The position numbers and the translations under genes were made by a program. A stretch of DNA of 55,508 bases, the filler included, from Bipalium vagum (lineage: Eukaryota): assembly GCA_037834085.1 (NCBI GenBank). It is 3 parts of 3 records of this genome, joined end to end, with 100 filler letters (N's around TTAATTAATTAA, not from the genome) between each part and the next. Parts side by side here need not be neighbours in the genome. Positions count along the whole stretch, not along the records: positions 39,402 to 55,508 come from JBBMKC010126828.1; 2 more parts are not named here. One strand, written 5' to 3'. The notes below the pieces were generated by a model. The model did no database searches. It had not been told where the DNA came from and saw only the letters and a program-made list of their open reading frames with translations. Below, one piece after another: positions 53,516-55,508 of the stretch. Positions within the stretch are counted from its first letter, which is position 1. Each line of letters opens with the position of its first letter.

Positions 53516-54619
53516 TATTATTCAACATTTTAATTTTCTAATTACAAAAAATAAATATAAAACTTTTAAAATTGATCCAATTTAGTTAAACAAAAAATCT
53601 AAAAATAATCAAAATGTTTTAAATTTATTAAATATTTTTTCATTATTATTTCCAGTAAGCCCTCGGAATGTAATTATACTGATAAATGATGAAATAAACG
53701 TGCTTTAATAAAAATAACGATAATTAATTGTTAATTATATATTTTTTAATTTATTTATCTAATAAGATTTTAGATAAGATATAAAAATTATATATATAAT
53801 TTTTAAAAAATATATTTATTTCGAAAATTTATATTTTTTCAAATATTTTTTATTGTTGATATTCTCTTATTAAATATAATATAAATTATCTTCATATATA
53901 AAATATAATGAACCAGACGACATGTAAAAAGTCAATTGTTTATGTACATGATAAAATTGCAATAATATTATATTATTTAATAATTATAATATAAATATCA
54001 TGTTGAATGATAATGAAAAGGAGTTACAAAAATAACCATTTATGTGATAAAAATTATTAATGGATAAGCATGAGTTCACAAATCCCACAATTGTCATCTA
54101 AGGATGTTCATAATTGGAAATTAATTTATAGGAATTGATAATAAGAAATGAAAAGGATATATTTCTTTGAACTTTCTATTAATAATTATCAAATTACCAA
54201 CCCCTTTCATCTCATCAAGTAAAATAATTGATTATATTAATCGAATTAAAAGATTGTACACATTCATTAATTTACAATTACGAATTTTTAGACATTGATA
54301 ATATTAAATAAATATTTATTAAATTATATTTTCAGAAAATAAATATTTCATTCAATCAGAATTCATTGAATTCATATGGTATGATATGCAAAGGGTGAGG
54401 GTAAAGTTCATTCGCTATTTTAAAAAGCAATAGATAGTCAACATTGAAATCATTGGTATTGATATAACGATTTTTGCATAGTAAGATAGTCTAAAATGTG
54501 TAAAGTTTATGTGCATAGTATACAAAACATTAAAAAAATGAAAAAATGATATTGATTTTTTATTTAAGTCATAATCTTCCTTTTCTGATAAACTAAAAAT
54601 TTCATTGCGTTATCAGCTT

Positions 54620-55310
54620 ATGAAGAATGGAATATCAAATTAACCAATACAAGAATTATGTTTAGTATTTAGGATTAGTTGTAATGTTCAAGCTTTTCAA
54701 AAAATCAATATTACATTCTGGTAGGACGAACATCATCAAAAAATTTTGAAATTTAACGAAAATTGATGACTGCCATTCGGTAAAGGCGAACGATATCCAG
54801 TAAACAACTTGGACTTCAACTTGAATGCTCGATTAAAGCAACAAGTACCTTGCGTCATATCATGAAATCTAAGATTCAAGGTTGGGTAAGACAACCTCAA
54901 TTATCAGAGATAAACAAAAAAAAACGATTGGAACGATGTGCAGACCATCATATTGTTGCCCCTCACACCACAGTTTTGGATGAAAAATATCTCCATTTAA
55001 TAACACTGGAAATATATTTATATATTTTATCTCATATATTTACTCGGAAAATGCAAAAACCCACATTTTTAGAAACCTCCATAAATTGAATGCTTGTGTA
55101 TGGAATCTTCTTACACGCCTTCCATATTCTTCGATTTTATATATTTTAATTGATAACATGTCAAGTATTTTGAAACTTGTTAAAGTGCAGTATCTTAATT
55201 TTTCTTATCTGAATCCAAAAAAATTTTTGTTAGTATGAGTTATGAAGCTACCTCAGAGATGTAAGACCATTATTGAAAATAATGGTCAATATCTAACTAA
55301 TTATTATTAA
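54620..55310 (+). mobile_element. Decayed Tc1/mariner-superfamily transposase
   Basis: QLSEINKKKRLERC, VLDEKY, RCKTIIENNGQY. Confidence 0.6.
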
Positions 55311-55508
55311 AATGAAAAATTGTTTTTTCATTCAGAAAAAATGTAACAAATCATTAATAATAATATACTCATGCTCAAAAGTGTTAGCCATATAGAATTT
55401 ATTACCAAAAATAAAGAAAATGTTTTTTTAAAACTGTTTTAATCTATTTAATTTAAATTTAAATTTATTTTTAATCTAATGAAGAGTTTTTTGTTTTAAT
55501 ATATTAAT

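Noticed and set aside
1-55508. CRISPR arrays, rRNA, intact tRNA or SL RNA genes, prokaryotic operons
   Set aside because: None recognised; spliceosomal introns and animal-type transposons show this is eukaryotic nuclear DNA.

Overview
Very AT-rich eukaryotic, almost certainly animal, scaffold. It has three N-gaps, two of them carrying an artificial TTAATTAATTAA linker. Two host genes for mitochondrial proteins point away from each other. One is a 3-exon BCS1/BCS1L AAA chaperone (minus strand, 9215-12075) that lacks an in-frame ATG and begins right after a splice acceptor. The other is the first five exons of an ADCK1/ABC1 (UbiB) kinase (plus strand, 18487-34162; remainder not found). Most of the rest is decayed mobile DNA: many mariner/Tc1 copies, hAT, pogo end, a MULE with TIRs and an 8-bp TSD, a fragmented Polinton-type protein-primed PolB, and LTR/gag/integrase remnants. 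Best candidates for novelty: (1) BCS1 may receive its initiator AUG from a spliced leader, and an SL-like 30-mer sits at the acceptor; (2) a frameshifted ORF with one catalytic and two degenerate tandem Ulp1/SENP-like protease domains (1900-4490); (3) a small secreted TIL-like cysteine-rich ORF apparently nested in an ADCK1 intron. All calls are by-eye motif recognition; no database search was run.
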